From the NCBI GenBank assembly GCA_045837725.1, contig JBEWZL010000209.1, positions 434,001 through 498,000 on the forward strand: DNA of 64,000 nt, written 5' to 3'. The notes under the pieces were generated by a model. That model was not told the DNA's origin, searched no databases, and worked only from the letters and a program-made list of their open reading frames with translations. This DNA comes from Vermamoeba vermiformis (taxonomy: Eukaryota). Below are positions 36,959-50,007 of the stretch, piece after piece. The translations under genes and the position numbers were made by a program. Positions within the stretch are counted from its first letter, which is position 1. Every line of letters starts with the position of its first letter.

Positions 36959-39900
36959 ATGATACGCCTCCCAAGCTTGATTTATTTCTTGCTCGCCCTG
37001 GGCACCTTGATCCAGGTTGCTAGCGCCGAAGATATCATTTGGTACCAAGGAACAGGTGACTACTATACTAGCCATAAGTACGGCTGGCAAGGAACTACCG
37101 ACGGAAAGAGCGCACCAGAGTTGCTATTGGCAAGTGTAATTAATCAACCTTGGTTGGTCGCAACAAGCAAAACTAAAAATATCATCTATTGGACCGATAA
37201 TAAGGGGGTAATTGGAGCATGGTAAGATATTAATTTGATTTTTTCTTGTAAAGAAATAATTTTTTAGATCAAACATTAACTAAATTTCGTTTGCTTCAGG
37301 GACATTGTATCACGCCATTCAAGTTTGATTTATCAGTTTGATTATGGAAACTGGAATGAACAATACAGCGGCCCAGCATTGACGGGACTTGACGTGGATG
37401 AGGTCAACAATCACCTCTATTTTACCTTTAATCAATCTATCTATCGACTAGATCTCTCTCAAACGAACTCTTCTCCATTATTAATTGCGTCATACGGCAA
37501 CAAGGTGTTCAATCCTCGTTTCCGCGCTTCACGAAACTCTTTGTTCTTCTGCCTTAGAAACAACTTCAAAGAGCAAGGTAAGGCCACCGATATTCGAGAT
37601 TGATATTACAAATTGAATTCTTATTATACTGCGAAGGTGACTTGGTTCAAGTATCGCTGTCAGATCCAACAACAGTGACTACGTTAGTTTACAACACGAG
37701 CACTGGCAGTATTGTGCAACAGTTGTTTATTGACGAGAGCGCAAATATATTGTACTACAATAGCCCCGGCACTCTTACCATGCGTGGTGTGAGCCTGACA
37801 GCGCCGTACAATGAAGTGTTTTCGTCGATCTACCTCAACATCAATCCGACCTTCTTTGACTTCAACCCAGCAACAAACACCTTCATCTTTGGTTCTTTGC
37901 GTTTCGATCGTGTCTCTGTATGGTCACTTGGTCCTAACCAACCTACATCGATCTACAATCCTTCGTATGGTAAAGTGACAGGTGTCAAGTTCTTCAATGA
38001 CACGCACGCTCTTGTTGCCTTCCAATATCAGTCCAGTTATCCGACTCCTAATGAAGGATCGTTGATCCTTGTCAATATGAACACTCCGAGTGACACCTCA
38101 ATGCTGCTTCATAACTTTGGCATGGGTCTGTCGCTCATCTTTGACGAGAAGTACTGCAACTTCTACTATGTTGCGAGCGTACAAAACAGGACTGCACAAT
38201 ACAAGAACCAAATGATATTACGCAAGAACACTAATGACTCTGTCAGTGTCTACAAAAACTATTACGCGACGAGTTTGGACGCAATAGCTGGTGTTGCACT
38301 TGACACCAACAAACGTAATTTGATTGTTTCTAGATCAGGTGCGTATCTGACATATGACGTTTGCTTTGAGGACTGAACATATATTTTTTTCAGCGTACAC
38401 AATCGGCGTCATGACGTATGCACCAATAGACAAGCCAGACACTCCTCCAGCTCCAGTCTTTGACGCACAAGGTCGATCAATATCTTCATTCACAATCAAC
38501 GACAAGTAAGTGCACAATGTCACTCGTCATCGTCGACTAACTGCAGCGCAGGACTCAAGATATTTATTACACTGCATATGAAGGCTACGAATACAATATT
38601 TACAGGTTGGACGCTAAATCCATCTCTAAAGGCAAGTAAAACCAAAGTGCACTTGGAAAAAGCGCGTGACTTATTCGACCAATTAGATTGGATCAACAAC
38701 GTCGGTCAACGCATCGTTGAAGGCATTGGAAGGTCTCTAGTGAGTATGGCAGTTGACTCTGTGTCCAACAAACTCTACTTTGGCAACAGCTCTACGGGCT
38801 TGCAGCAAATCGTTAGGTCAAATCTGGACGGCTCTAATGCAACAACTATTTATAAGATTGGTACGTAGAAGTCGCTTTTCAAGGGTATCATAATATTTAC
38901 AGTATTTCAGATGCGTATGGTATTCAAAGCATGAGGTGGGATCCGTCGTCAAACCGACTGTTTTTCCTCACTACGCCAAGGTCTGGCTGGGCTATGGTAT
39001 CAATGAACGGCGATGGCTCTAATATTATAACGACTCCACTTAATGCTAGCACTGGCAGTGGAAGAGATTTGTTCTCTTCGCTCAGCCCGGATCCATTCTC
39101 GGACTGGATCTACATGAACGCAGAATACTACCAACCTCTTCGAATTAAGAAAGATGGATCCTCATTTGAACTTTTATATTCTTATGTGCCTATAAGTAAT
39201 ATGGTAAGCTTCCCATCAAGAAAACTTCAACAACCATCGATTAATTAGTATCGAACTTTTTAGCGTTCGCTTGCATTTGACGAGTCAAGTGGAAATATCT
39301 ACTATGGTGACGCACAATGTGCTATAAAGAAGATTAATATCAACAAGCTCAACAAGGCCGATGTAAGCGAACCAGCCATTATCTTGTTGTTCTAATTTTT
39401 TACCTTTTTAGCCTGCTGCGACGAACTTTGACATGGTTTGGCAAGGCGATTATGATAACTTTGACTTGCAAAGTTTTATTCTTGATTCGGCCAATCAGGT
39501 CAGTAGTTAAAAACCGTAGTCTCATTAAGTTTAGTTTTAACGTTCATGCACAGGTGTTTTGGACCCTTCAAACGAACACTAGTGCGGGCTACCCGTATTA
39601 CATTCACACATTGAGCGTGATGCCTGTCAGCGGTGGACCTGCAAAGCAACTGTACAACTTCCCGAAAGGAGTACATTACCCTTGGACAATCAACACGAAA
39701 CAAAGCAAACTGTACGCTTTCACGTACACTGTCACATTTAACCCGCAAACGCCCACTACACTGGTGATGATGGACCTGTACAATGGCTCGAACTTGGTCA
39801 CACTGAAGAACTTCAAGTACCCTGAGTACTCCTCCGTCAAGCCGACAGCAGTGACAATTGACCCACGCACAGGACTGCTATACTACACACGTAAGCTAGT

Positions 39901-41150
39901 ACTGCACAACTTGCACACGTTATACTTACTCTGTTTTCAGTGAGCAGTGGCACTATCTCGCTTCTCGAGTGTTTTGATCCGATGACTTTGACCACCAAAA
40001 AGCTGTGGAAGTCGCCATGGAATGCTTTAGTTAAAGACATTAAAATCAATGGCACGTCAGTGGTGATGGGAGGTATGTTACTTTTATTCAAAAAGAGTTG
40101 CGCTAATTAACATTTTAGGGTTGAACTTTCCTATAACTATCTACGACATCAACACGGGCAATGTGCGAGTGCTAAACGCCTCCTCTACAATTCTTGCACT
40201 TGATCCAAACAGCGATACAATCTACCTCGGCAGTGGCTCTATTTTATCGGTAAGAGTTGAAGTACATTGTATCGATGGCTGTTGACACGTGTCATTTTTA
40301 CTAACAGATGAATATCGATGACGCCAACGGTACCGCAACAACTCTGTTGAGCACGTTTACTATCCAAGGCCTGGCATTTGACTTCGCCAAGAAGACAGCG
40401 TACTTCACCCTGCGAAATAGTAAGTCAACGAGATTAACCATGTGTTTCGCTAACGCTTTGTTAGCTTCAGGACGACCTCTTTACACGCTTCCTTACATGT
40501 ACCAATCAGATCTGGACGGCAAGAACAAAAAGAAGATCCAACTTCAAAACGGGTGGTACGTGCCGAGCGTGTTGGGACAAATATCGCTTGTAGGCGGTAA
40601 GTTAATGCAATATTTAATTTGGACATTCTTCGGGCCATTAAACATGATTGAATATTGCAGGTAAATTTTATACGCCATCTAATGAGTTACCAAACGGCAA
40701 CTCTCTTAACGTGTTCAACACCGATGGTAGCGGCTACGAACGAATCATTCAACGTACTTACGCTAGTCGTATGATCAAGTACAACGAAGCCTCACAACGA
40801 GTGTATTGGATAGAAGGCACCACGTAATATTACCGCCAAAAAGTATCGCCCTGATCTGCTTTTTAATTTTCATCGACAGGTTCTACGGCTGCGCGGTTTA
40901 TTCGAACAAGTACGCAGATTGCCAAGCTATTGTAATGTTCCCTCAACTTCAATACATCGTCCCAACATTCACTAGCTTTGTTGTGGCTGATAATGACACA
41001 CATGAGTTCATTTGCATCGATCTACTCAATGGACTTGAATCAAGTACGTAGTATATTCATCGCTTAACCCATTAAAATTAACGTAATATCATAGGGCCAA
41101 TCTTCTATTAAATTGCTTGTGAACGATCGTTTAACTCAGAAAAGATTTTA
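36959..41150 (+). CDS. Large secreted beta-propeller glycoprotein (YWTD/LDLR class B-like repeats), many exons; 3' end approximate
   Basis: Signal peptide MIRLPSLIYFLLALGTLIQVASA; IIYWTD, GLDVDEVNNHLYF, MAVDSVSNKLYF...IVRSNLDGSN, GLAFDFAKKTAYF, QSDLDGKN; many N-x-S/T sequons. Confidence 0.7.
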
Positions 41151-41413
41151 AAGGTGGTTTTTTTTTGGTTTAATTTTTTTGTTTTTTTGGGGTTAAGGAA
41201 AAAAAAAACAAAAAAACAATCGATTTTTACTATTATCAAGAGAATGGTTAACCCTCATCATCACCGTCACTTACGAGCACGAGAAGTGTTCGTCGAAGTA
41301 TAAAAACTAGCAATATTTTGAATTTTCTGCCCAATGGGACCTCAGGGTCGATTGTGAATCATACCGAATTTCACAACTTTTGAGCGAATCTTTTCATAAT
41401 TCCATGTTATGGG

Positions 41414-43980
41414 ATGCAAAAGCTACATGTACGAAACATATTTACGTTGGTGGTGCCTTTGCACAGTAAGGAGGTTCCGAGCATCCGTGTCAACACCACA
41501 TCTGCGAACTTTGGCCTCACACTGACATACCCAAGCAACTTACAATCGTATCATTATAGAATTGCATTGTTCTCGAATTATCGAACTATTTCTGGTCTGA
41601 AAGAGCAAGAAGAAGCATGCACAGCACTTTTACAATGGGCAAAACAGATTCCCTTCTCATTTAAAAATTCCATCGATGATAGATCAATAGAAGCAATCGA
41701 ATTACATCTTCGAATTGGCCCTGGTTTTGATTTTAGAAAAGTTCCGAAGAGATACGTCAGATTCGAAATCGAATGCTTTGCTTCTGGAACATTTCAACGC
41801 AAAGCCTCTTCCCAAATATGTGAGATACTTGGAAAGCGAAGGACTGCGCACGCGTCAGACATTGAAGCAGGTAAACTAGGTCGACCAATTCATATTTAAC
41901 TTAGAAAATATTTCTGGCTATAGAAATAAATTATTCTATGATTTTAATAGATTATTGATACGTTTGGTAATTTTTTTATTTTTTCAGTCGCGATCCCCGT
42001 CGTTTGGCAAAATCCAACCGATCTCAGCAATTCAGACTTTGATATCGACGTTGAAGAGCTTCTTCAAAGCTTTTCAAACAATGAAGAGAGTCCTCCACCA
42101 CCAGAACAGCTCAATCACGCCGTTCTTGAAAGTGAACCTTCTTCGACTCACGACGAACACGAGCACGTGCTTGAATTGTTTGAAGTGCCCACTGAAACCA
42201 TTAAAACACCTCATATGCACGAGCTACAGTAAGATTTATCCGTCAATGTAAATGGAACTGACTCTACATCTCAGGGTGCAGTTTTCGAATGATGAATTCA
42301 TGGCTCGTTACGCGCCTGAGAACGAACAGTACATGGTGCTGTACAACGGCAATGCAGAAGTCGTGGGCAACTTCAGAGCACTCAACTTCTACAAGGCATC
42401 GGATATCAATATTAAAGAAGACATCAGGTTACTTACTGAAGGTACGTGCGACACGCGATCTGGTTCTTTCGAAACAATGCTAACATGCGATAGATAATAA
42501 CCCTCGTGATGTCCTTCTGAAGATCTCAGGAGTGTCGTACAAGTTCAAACCAGGCACAACACACTCCACTCAACGACGATTCGTTGGTTACATTGCACAA
42601 CAAATCGAAAGAGTTGTTCCTGAAGCAGTTCAATTGATCGATGGCATTCTTCATGTGGACTACGAGTCATTGATACCCTATCTCAGTGAATCGATCAAGC
42701 AAAACTACAGCGACATTAATGACACAAAGAGTGAGCAGCAGCGTATCAATGCAATCGTTGACGTTCTGTACAATGACTTTCTGAAACGAGAACGAGCAGA
42801 GAAGCAAAGCCCGAGCAAGCGCGATAGTTCATCTTCAGAGCGATTTGAGATACGCACAACAAACAACACTTGGCGTCGAGTTTCAATAGCAGCACTTGGT
42901 TTCCTTTTAGTCGTTTCAGCTGTTTTGGTCGGGCTCTACGTCATGACTGGTCGCAATCTGCCTCTAAATGACACACCTTCCCCCTCGCCTGAAACAAGTC
43001 CTTCGTCCTCACCAACGGCACCTGAAGGAACAACCCCGCCAGCTCCACACCCAGACAGACAAGCGCTTGAAGACTTTTATGTTGCAATGGACGGCAGTAA
43101 CTGGAAGATACGACCATGGGATTGGGACAGAAGATGGCTGACCAACACTTCTTTTTGCAACTGGATTGGATTGGTTTGCGAGCAAGGTCGAGTGAAGTTC
43201 ATTAACTTAGCCGGTTACAATCTTCGAGGAACGATTCCTGACTCTATCAGCAATCTCGATGCACTTGAATTTTTAAATCTAAGTGGAAACAGCATCACGG
43301 GAACTATTCCAGAGTCAATCAGCAAACTCCGAAATTTGCGAGAACTCTCCATCGCCAAAAATAACATCACCGGAGTTATACCAGCAATGCAACAATTGAA
43401 CAACTTGATAATTCTCGATCTAGAATCAAACCCTTACTTATCAGGCTCAATTCCAAATTTGCCTACATCGTTAACTAGGATTCTCCTGGCCGAATGCAAT
43501 CTGACCGGAACTATTCCACGATCGATCTCAAACATGGACTTAATAGAGCTGAGAATGGAGTCTAATCAACTCAGTGGCACAATTCCACCGTTGCCTATTG
43601 GAAATGAACTCCTTAGCATTAACTTAAGTGACAATCAACTGGAAGGTACTTTACCTGTATTCATCAAGCGCAACGGCTTGTTTCCAGTCTATCTAGCAGC
43701 TGCGAACAATTACCTCAGCGGAACGTTGGAGAATCTGGCAGGCATTCGTATCGAGAAGCTATTATTACAGAACAACAATTTCAGCGGAGAAGTGGCCTAC
43801 TTTGACACGTCGAATGTAGACACATTTGGACTCAACAATAACAAGTTCACGTCGTTCAATATCTCAGCACCACGGCCAACTAATAGCAATTACATTTGTG
43901 ACGCGTCAGGAAATCCATTCCGCTGCCCCATCCCTGCTTGGGTTGAACAGCGTTGTAATGCCACTTGCATCCAAGCCTAA
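41414..43980 (+). CDS. Array copy 11: FDFRK domain (family B) - S74 - TM - LRR
   Basis: ORFs 41414..41899, 42252..42497 and 42532..43980 plus a linker exon. Confidence 0.87.
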
Positions 43981-44448
43981 CTTCGGCGCAAAACGTTTTC
44001 AGTGCCATTCATGTGCTTAGAAAAGCCAGTATAAATGAGGTTGTCTCATTAACATTTTTGTTTTCGAAGCGGACGGGACCGGCGGTCCTCTTCCTTAGTT
44101 AACGGAAATACTTACCCGAAATTGAGGTCTTAAGCAATAGTAACTTCACACTTGTTCGATTTTGCTAATGTAACTAGCACAGGTTAGAAAACGATCACCT
44201 GCACCGAGTGTCAACTGTGAATTCCGCCTTTTAAGTCTTTTGTCCGTTTTTTTGGAAACTCAGTCCAGATCGCAAATTTAACGTTGCAAGTTTTAGACAG
44301 GATGTACCTCAAAATATCAATGGTACTCTCCGTAGGGAAAAACTTTCTGTCTTGTCGTTTCTAGTTACAAATTACGGATTTGTCACTGCCTGTCAGGTGT
44401 GTAAAAAGCCCTTTAGTACTGAAAATCACTTGCCTTGCTCTATTTGAA

Positions 44449-47027
44449 ATGCAAAAGCTACACGTTAGAAACATCTTTACGTTGGTTGTGCCTTGGCACA
44501 GTAAGGAGGCTCCCAGTATCGATGTCCACACTGCATCTGCGAACTTTGGCTTCACGCTGAAATATCCAAGCGACTTACAATCGTGCCATTATAGAATTGC
44601 CTTGTTCTCGAATTTTCGGACTATTTCTGGTCTGAAAAAGCAAGAAGAAGCATTCACTGCACTTTTACAATGGGCAAAACAGACACCCTTCTCATTTAAA
44701 AAATCCGCCAAAGATGCACCAATAGAAGCAATCGAATTACATCTTCGAATCGGCCCTGGTTTTGATTTCAGAAAAGTTCCGAAGAGATACGTCAGATTCG
44801 AAGTGGAATGCTTTTCTTCTGGAACATTTCAATGTAAAGCCTCTTCACAAGTATGTCAGATACTCGGAAAACGAAGGACTGCGCATGCATCAGACATTGA
44901 AGCAGGTAAAATTTTGTTTTATTTGTTTCGCACCAAAATTATAATTAACACCCTTTGTCGTTTCGAAATAATTAACATGCTCTAATTTGAACCGACAAAG
45001 AATATTTCGTAATTTTTAATTTTAATTTTTACTTTTTCAGTCGTGATCCCCGTCGTTTGGCAAGCTCCAACCAACCTCGACAATTCAGACATTGATATTG
45101 ATGTCGAAGAGCTTCTTCAAAGCTTTTCAAACAATGAAGAGAGTCCTCCACCATCAGAACAGCTCAATCACGCTGTTCTTGAAAGTGAACCTTCTTCGAC
45201 TCAAGAACACGAGCACGTGCTTGAATTGTTTGAAGTGCCAACTGAAAGCCCGCAAGTGCATGGACAACGGTAAGGCATCCATCGTTGTTAACAAGGCTAA
45301 TTTTAATTCTCTCAGGGTGCAGTTTTCGAACGACGAATTGGTTTGTTACGAGCACGAGAACGAACAGTACATGGTGCTGTACAACGGCAATGCAGAAGTC
45401 GTGGGCAACTTCAGAGCACTCAACTTCTACAAGGCATCTGATATCAACATCAAAGAGGACGTCAGACTGCTTGTTGAAGGTACGTGCGACACGCGATCTG
45501 GTTCTTTCGAAACAATGCTAACATGCGATAGATAATAACCCTCGTGATGTCCTTCTGAAGATCTCAGGAGTGTCGTACAAGTTCAAACCAGGCACAACAC
45601 ACTCCACTCAACGACGATTCGTTGGTTACATTGCACAACAAATCGAAAGTGTTGTTCCTGAAGCAGTTCAGTTGATCGATGGCATTCTTCATGTGGACTA
45701 CGAGTCATTGATTCCCTATCTCAGTGAATCGATCAAACAGAACTACAGCGACATCAATGACACAAAGAGTGAGCAGCAGCGTATCAATGCAATCGTTGAC
45801 GTTCTGTACAACGACTTTCTGAAACGAGAACGAGCAGAGAAACAAAGCACAAGCAAGCGCGATAGTTCATCTATACGCACAACAACAAACACTTGGCGTC
45901 GAGTTTCAATTGCAGCACTTGGCTTCCTTTTAGTCGTTTCAGCTGTTTTGGTCGGACTCTACGTCATGACTGGTCGAAATGACACACCCTCTCCCTCACC
46001 TGTAGTAAGCCCTTCATCCTCACCAACGGCGCCCGAAGGAATAAGGCCAACAGCACCACACCCGGACAGACAAGCGCTTGAAGACCTATATGTTGCAACG
46101 AATGGCGATCACTGGCAACTACCACGGTTTGAGACGGAAAGATGGCTAACCAACACATCACCGTGCACGTGGAGCGGAGTGAGATGTAGTAGCAATCGAG
46201 TGACAGGAATTAGCTTAGGCGGTTACAATCTTCGCGGAACAATTCCCGACACCATTGGCAAGCTTGACGCGCTTGTGGTATTGGACCTGTGTGAAAACAA
46301 CATCACGGGAACCATTCCAGAGTCTATCGGCAAACTCCAAAATTTACAAAGGCTATATATTTGCACAACCAACATTACGGGTCCTATTCCAGCATCAATA
46401 GAGCAAATGCGCAACTTGACAAATTTAAATCTGGACTCAAACCCTAAGTTATCAGGATCGATTCCGAATTTACCAACGTCATTAACGAGGATTGATATGG
46501 ATGCCTGCAATTTGACGGGAACTATTCCGCAATCAGTTTCGAGAATGGATTCTTTACAAGGGCTGAGTATGGAATCCAATCATCTTACCGGCACAATTCC
46601 ACCGTTGCCTATTGGAGGAGTTGAACGGCTTGACATTAACTTAAGTGACAATCAACTGGAAGGTACTTTACCTGTGTTCATCAATCGCAGTGGCTTGTTT
46701 GAAACTTCTCTCCGTTTAACGGCTTCGAACAATTATCTCAGTGGAACGTTGGAGAATCTGGCAGGCGCTCATACTAAGATCAAGATTCTATTGTTAAAGA
46801 ACAACAATTTCAGCGGAGAAGTTGTGCAATTTGATACGTCAACGGCTTACCAGTTAGATGTTAGCGATAACCAGTTCACATCATTTAACAGCTCAGCACC
46901 ACAACCACAATATGCCGGTATTTCTTACAAAAGCTATTCCATTTGTGACGCGTCACGAAATCCATTCCGCTGCCCTATTCCAGATTGGCTCGAACAACTC
47001 TGTTCTGCTCAGTGTATCAAGGCCTAA
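44449..47027 (+). CDS. Array copy 12: FDFRK domain (family B) - S74 - TM - LRR; recent paralog of copy 11
   Basis: ORFs 44380..44985, 45043..45273, 45092..45535 and 45570..47027. Confidence 0.87.
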
Positions 47028-47215
47028 CTTCGCCACAAGCCGTTTGAATTGCTGTACAATAAATACCATTATAACCTTTGTTGGCCTATTTTCTTACGCT
47101 GGACTATGTTATCGCCGATAAATGCCTGGCTTAAGTAAAGTTCAAAATTAGGCGAGACTCACAGGTCCCGTCTTGGTCCCATAAAATCTGATTTGTCTTT
47201 ATTTGAATTTAATCA

Positions 47216-49835
47216 ATGGAAAGAGTACACGTTAAAAAATGCTTCTCCCTTTTTGTCCCTATCGAATCTTGGCCCAGTTCTAGCGCTGATCTAGCAACAG
47301 AACCAAACTTTGGATTTTTTTCTGAGCATTACCACCATGGACGATTATTCTTTTCCTTCAAAGTCCTGTGTAAGCAACGATTAACTTCGAAAGAATACGA
47401 CCAACCAGATTGTCTTTGTTGGGCTAGTCGAGCTCCGATCACTTTCAGAAAACGAACGAACGAACAACAACCTGGTCTTCTCCTTCAAGTAAAAGTTAAA
47501 CAAGGTGCATTTGACTTCAGAAAGGTCGAGAAGAGATTCATTCGGTTGCAAGTTGACTGCAGGACTTCAGAAGGTCAATTAATTAATTCTGCGACTTCAG
47601 AATTTTTTCAATTGCTTCCACGCAAGCGAAATAGTGGTATATTAGAAGGAGATCGCCCAACAAGTAAGTGGCTAATTTTAAAAATTATTACAACAAAATC
47701 TAAGATCTAACCCGATCTGTGCAGTAATTCCCGCTCAATGGCAAAGTAATAGCCATTATCCCGTTTACGATGCCCAAAATATTGGGCAAATAGGCATTAC
47801 AAACACGGACGCAGATGCCTTTCAGCTCATTACTCAAATGCGCACTCACGAAGTGGAACCATCGCCGAACTCTGCGCAAATAAATATCGAAATCAACACC
47901 GATGAACAAGTTAATACTTCGCCGAGGTACGTCTGAATCATTCACGATTTTAGAAACTCTTTTTTTTTGTTTGACTGACTTTATCGCTAGGTTTGATAAC
48001 GAAGGAGAGAATTACGATCAGTACGCGTTAACTTACAACAATGAAGAACTTATGCCCGACAATGTAAATAGCTCTGAAAGCGATCCGTCGCTTCACTCAC
48101 TTGAAGAGGGACACGAACAACAACAGCTGTTATCGTAAGCGCTCGCTGCACTTCTCTTTTATTATTGGCCGTTTAATTTAACACTACTCAGGCTTTATCA
48201 AACGAACTCGATGATTATGCAACATCAGAACACAAACGAGCAATACATGGTGCTGTACAACGGCAATGCGGAAGTCGTGGGCAACTTCAGAGCACTCAAC
48301 TTCTACAAGGCATCGGATATCAACATCAAAGAAGACGTCAGGTTACTTATTGACGGTACGTACAATTCAAAACAAGCTCAGTGGTCGTGTTGCACGGGTG
48401 CTAACGTTGTTTTTCAGAACACGATCCACGTGACGTCCTTCTGAAGATTGATGGCGTATCGTACAAGTTCAAACCAGGCACAACACACTCCACTCAACGA
48501 CGATTCGTTGGTTACATTGCACAACAAATCGAAAGTGTTGTTCCTGAAGCAGTTCAGTTGATCGATGGCATTCTTCATGTGGACTACGAGTCATTAATTC
48601 CTTACCTCAGTGAAGCGATCAAACAGAACTTCAGTGACATCAACACAGTTAAATCTGAGCAGAATCGCATCAAACTGATCGTAGACATGCTTTACGAAGA
48701 CTTTCTGAAACGAGAACGAGCACGAGCGGAACAACCCGTCTCAACTGATCAAATTAATGGAACATTGTACAACAAAAAGCCGAAGACGAGGACCTGGCAT
48801 ACAGCTCTGTTGACAGCTATCGTGACCGCAGTGATGGTATCAGCAGTGATGGCTGGCTTGTACTTCATGATCGAGAGCAAAGCACCAGTTGATGCTCCTT
48901 ATATCCCTCCTCCGGGCACTACTCTACCCAGTCCTGAACACACTCCAACAGTGACAGTGACTGCACCGTTGTCAGAATTAGACAAGGACAGACAAGTTCT
49001 AGAAGAGTTGTACGTGGCAACTGATGGCCGCAACTGGGACTGGTCGCACGCTGGACCAAATCCATGGCTGCCAGATGCACCCATGTGTAGTTGGAGTGGG
49101 GTTAAATGCGACAATGGGCGAGTCGTACGCCTAATATTGAATGCGGTAAATCTCCGTGGAACGATTCCTGACTCCATTGGCAATCTCGACGCACTTAAAG
49201 TCATCGATTTGCGACAAAACGACTTGACAGGAACAATTCCATCATCGATCACCCGATTGACCAGACTTCAAGAGATTTATTTAGCAGATAACCCACGCTT
49301 GTCAGGATCAATCCCTGATTTACCTGCCTCGCTACTCACCGTCAATCTGGCCATGTGCAACTTAACTGGAACGATTCCGCAGTCAATTTCAAATTTAACT
49401 GGGTTGCAGTATTTAGTTTTGTCTTACAATCAACTTAGTGGCACCATTCCATCGCTACCATTGGCCGGTATTATCACTCTGTCGTATAATCAACTCGAAG
49501 GTACTCTACCTACCTTCATACCGAATTTTATCAGAGTGACCATTCTATCGCTCTCGCATAATCGACTTAATGGAACGTTAGAAAAATTGGCGAATATTAC
49601 TTCTTTTTTCCAAGAATTATATTTGGACGATAACGACTTTACTGGAGCAGTTGAATACGACGTCGGAATGAGGAGCTTAGAAATGTTTGATATTAGTAAC
49701 AACGCGTTCACGTTATTCAATAGTAGGCAGTCTGACCCAAAGAGACTTCTAGCTTGTGAGGCATCAGGAAATCACTTTCAATGTCCTATTCCTGACTGGC
49801 TCGCGATACGATGCAACGCAACTTGCGTGTTATAA
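47216..49835 (+). CDS. Array copy 13: FDFRK domain (family C) - S74 - TM - LRR
   Basis: ORFs 47216..47710, 47902..48138, 48211..48444 and 48558..49835. Confidence 0.87.
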
Positions 49836-50007
49836 AAACTAATTTATTTCGTTACCAGTCGTAGCATTGTCCATAGTTGCATTTTGTTTAGGTTTAATCC
49901 TAAAGTAGTGACTTCCAAATTTGTATAATCAGAGATTCTGTCGCACAAAAATTGAATTTTGAATGTTTACCGGCAGTTTTTTTTGCACGCGACAGCAAGC
50001 GCAACAA

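Noticed and set aside
41158-41218. Poly-T/poly-A inverted arrangement resembling a hairpin or terminator
   Set aside because: Homopolymer low complexity in a eukaryotic intergenic region, possibly low-quality sequence.
1060-48640. Recurrent near-identical DNA blocks as a CRISPR array or transposon ends
   Set aside because: They are in-frame coding segments of paralogs spaced kilobases apart; no spacers, cas genes, TIRs or transposase seen.
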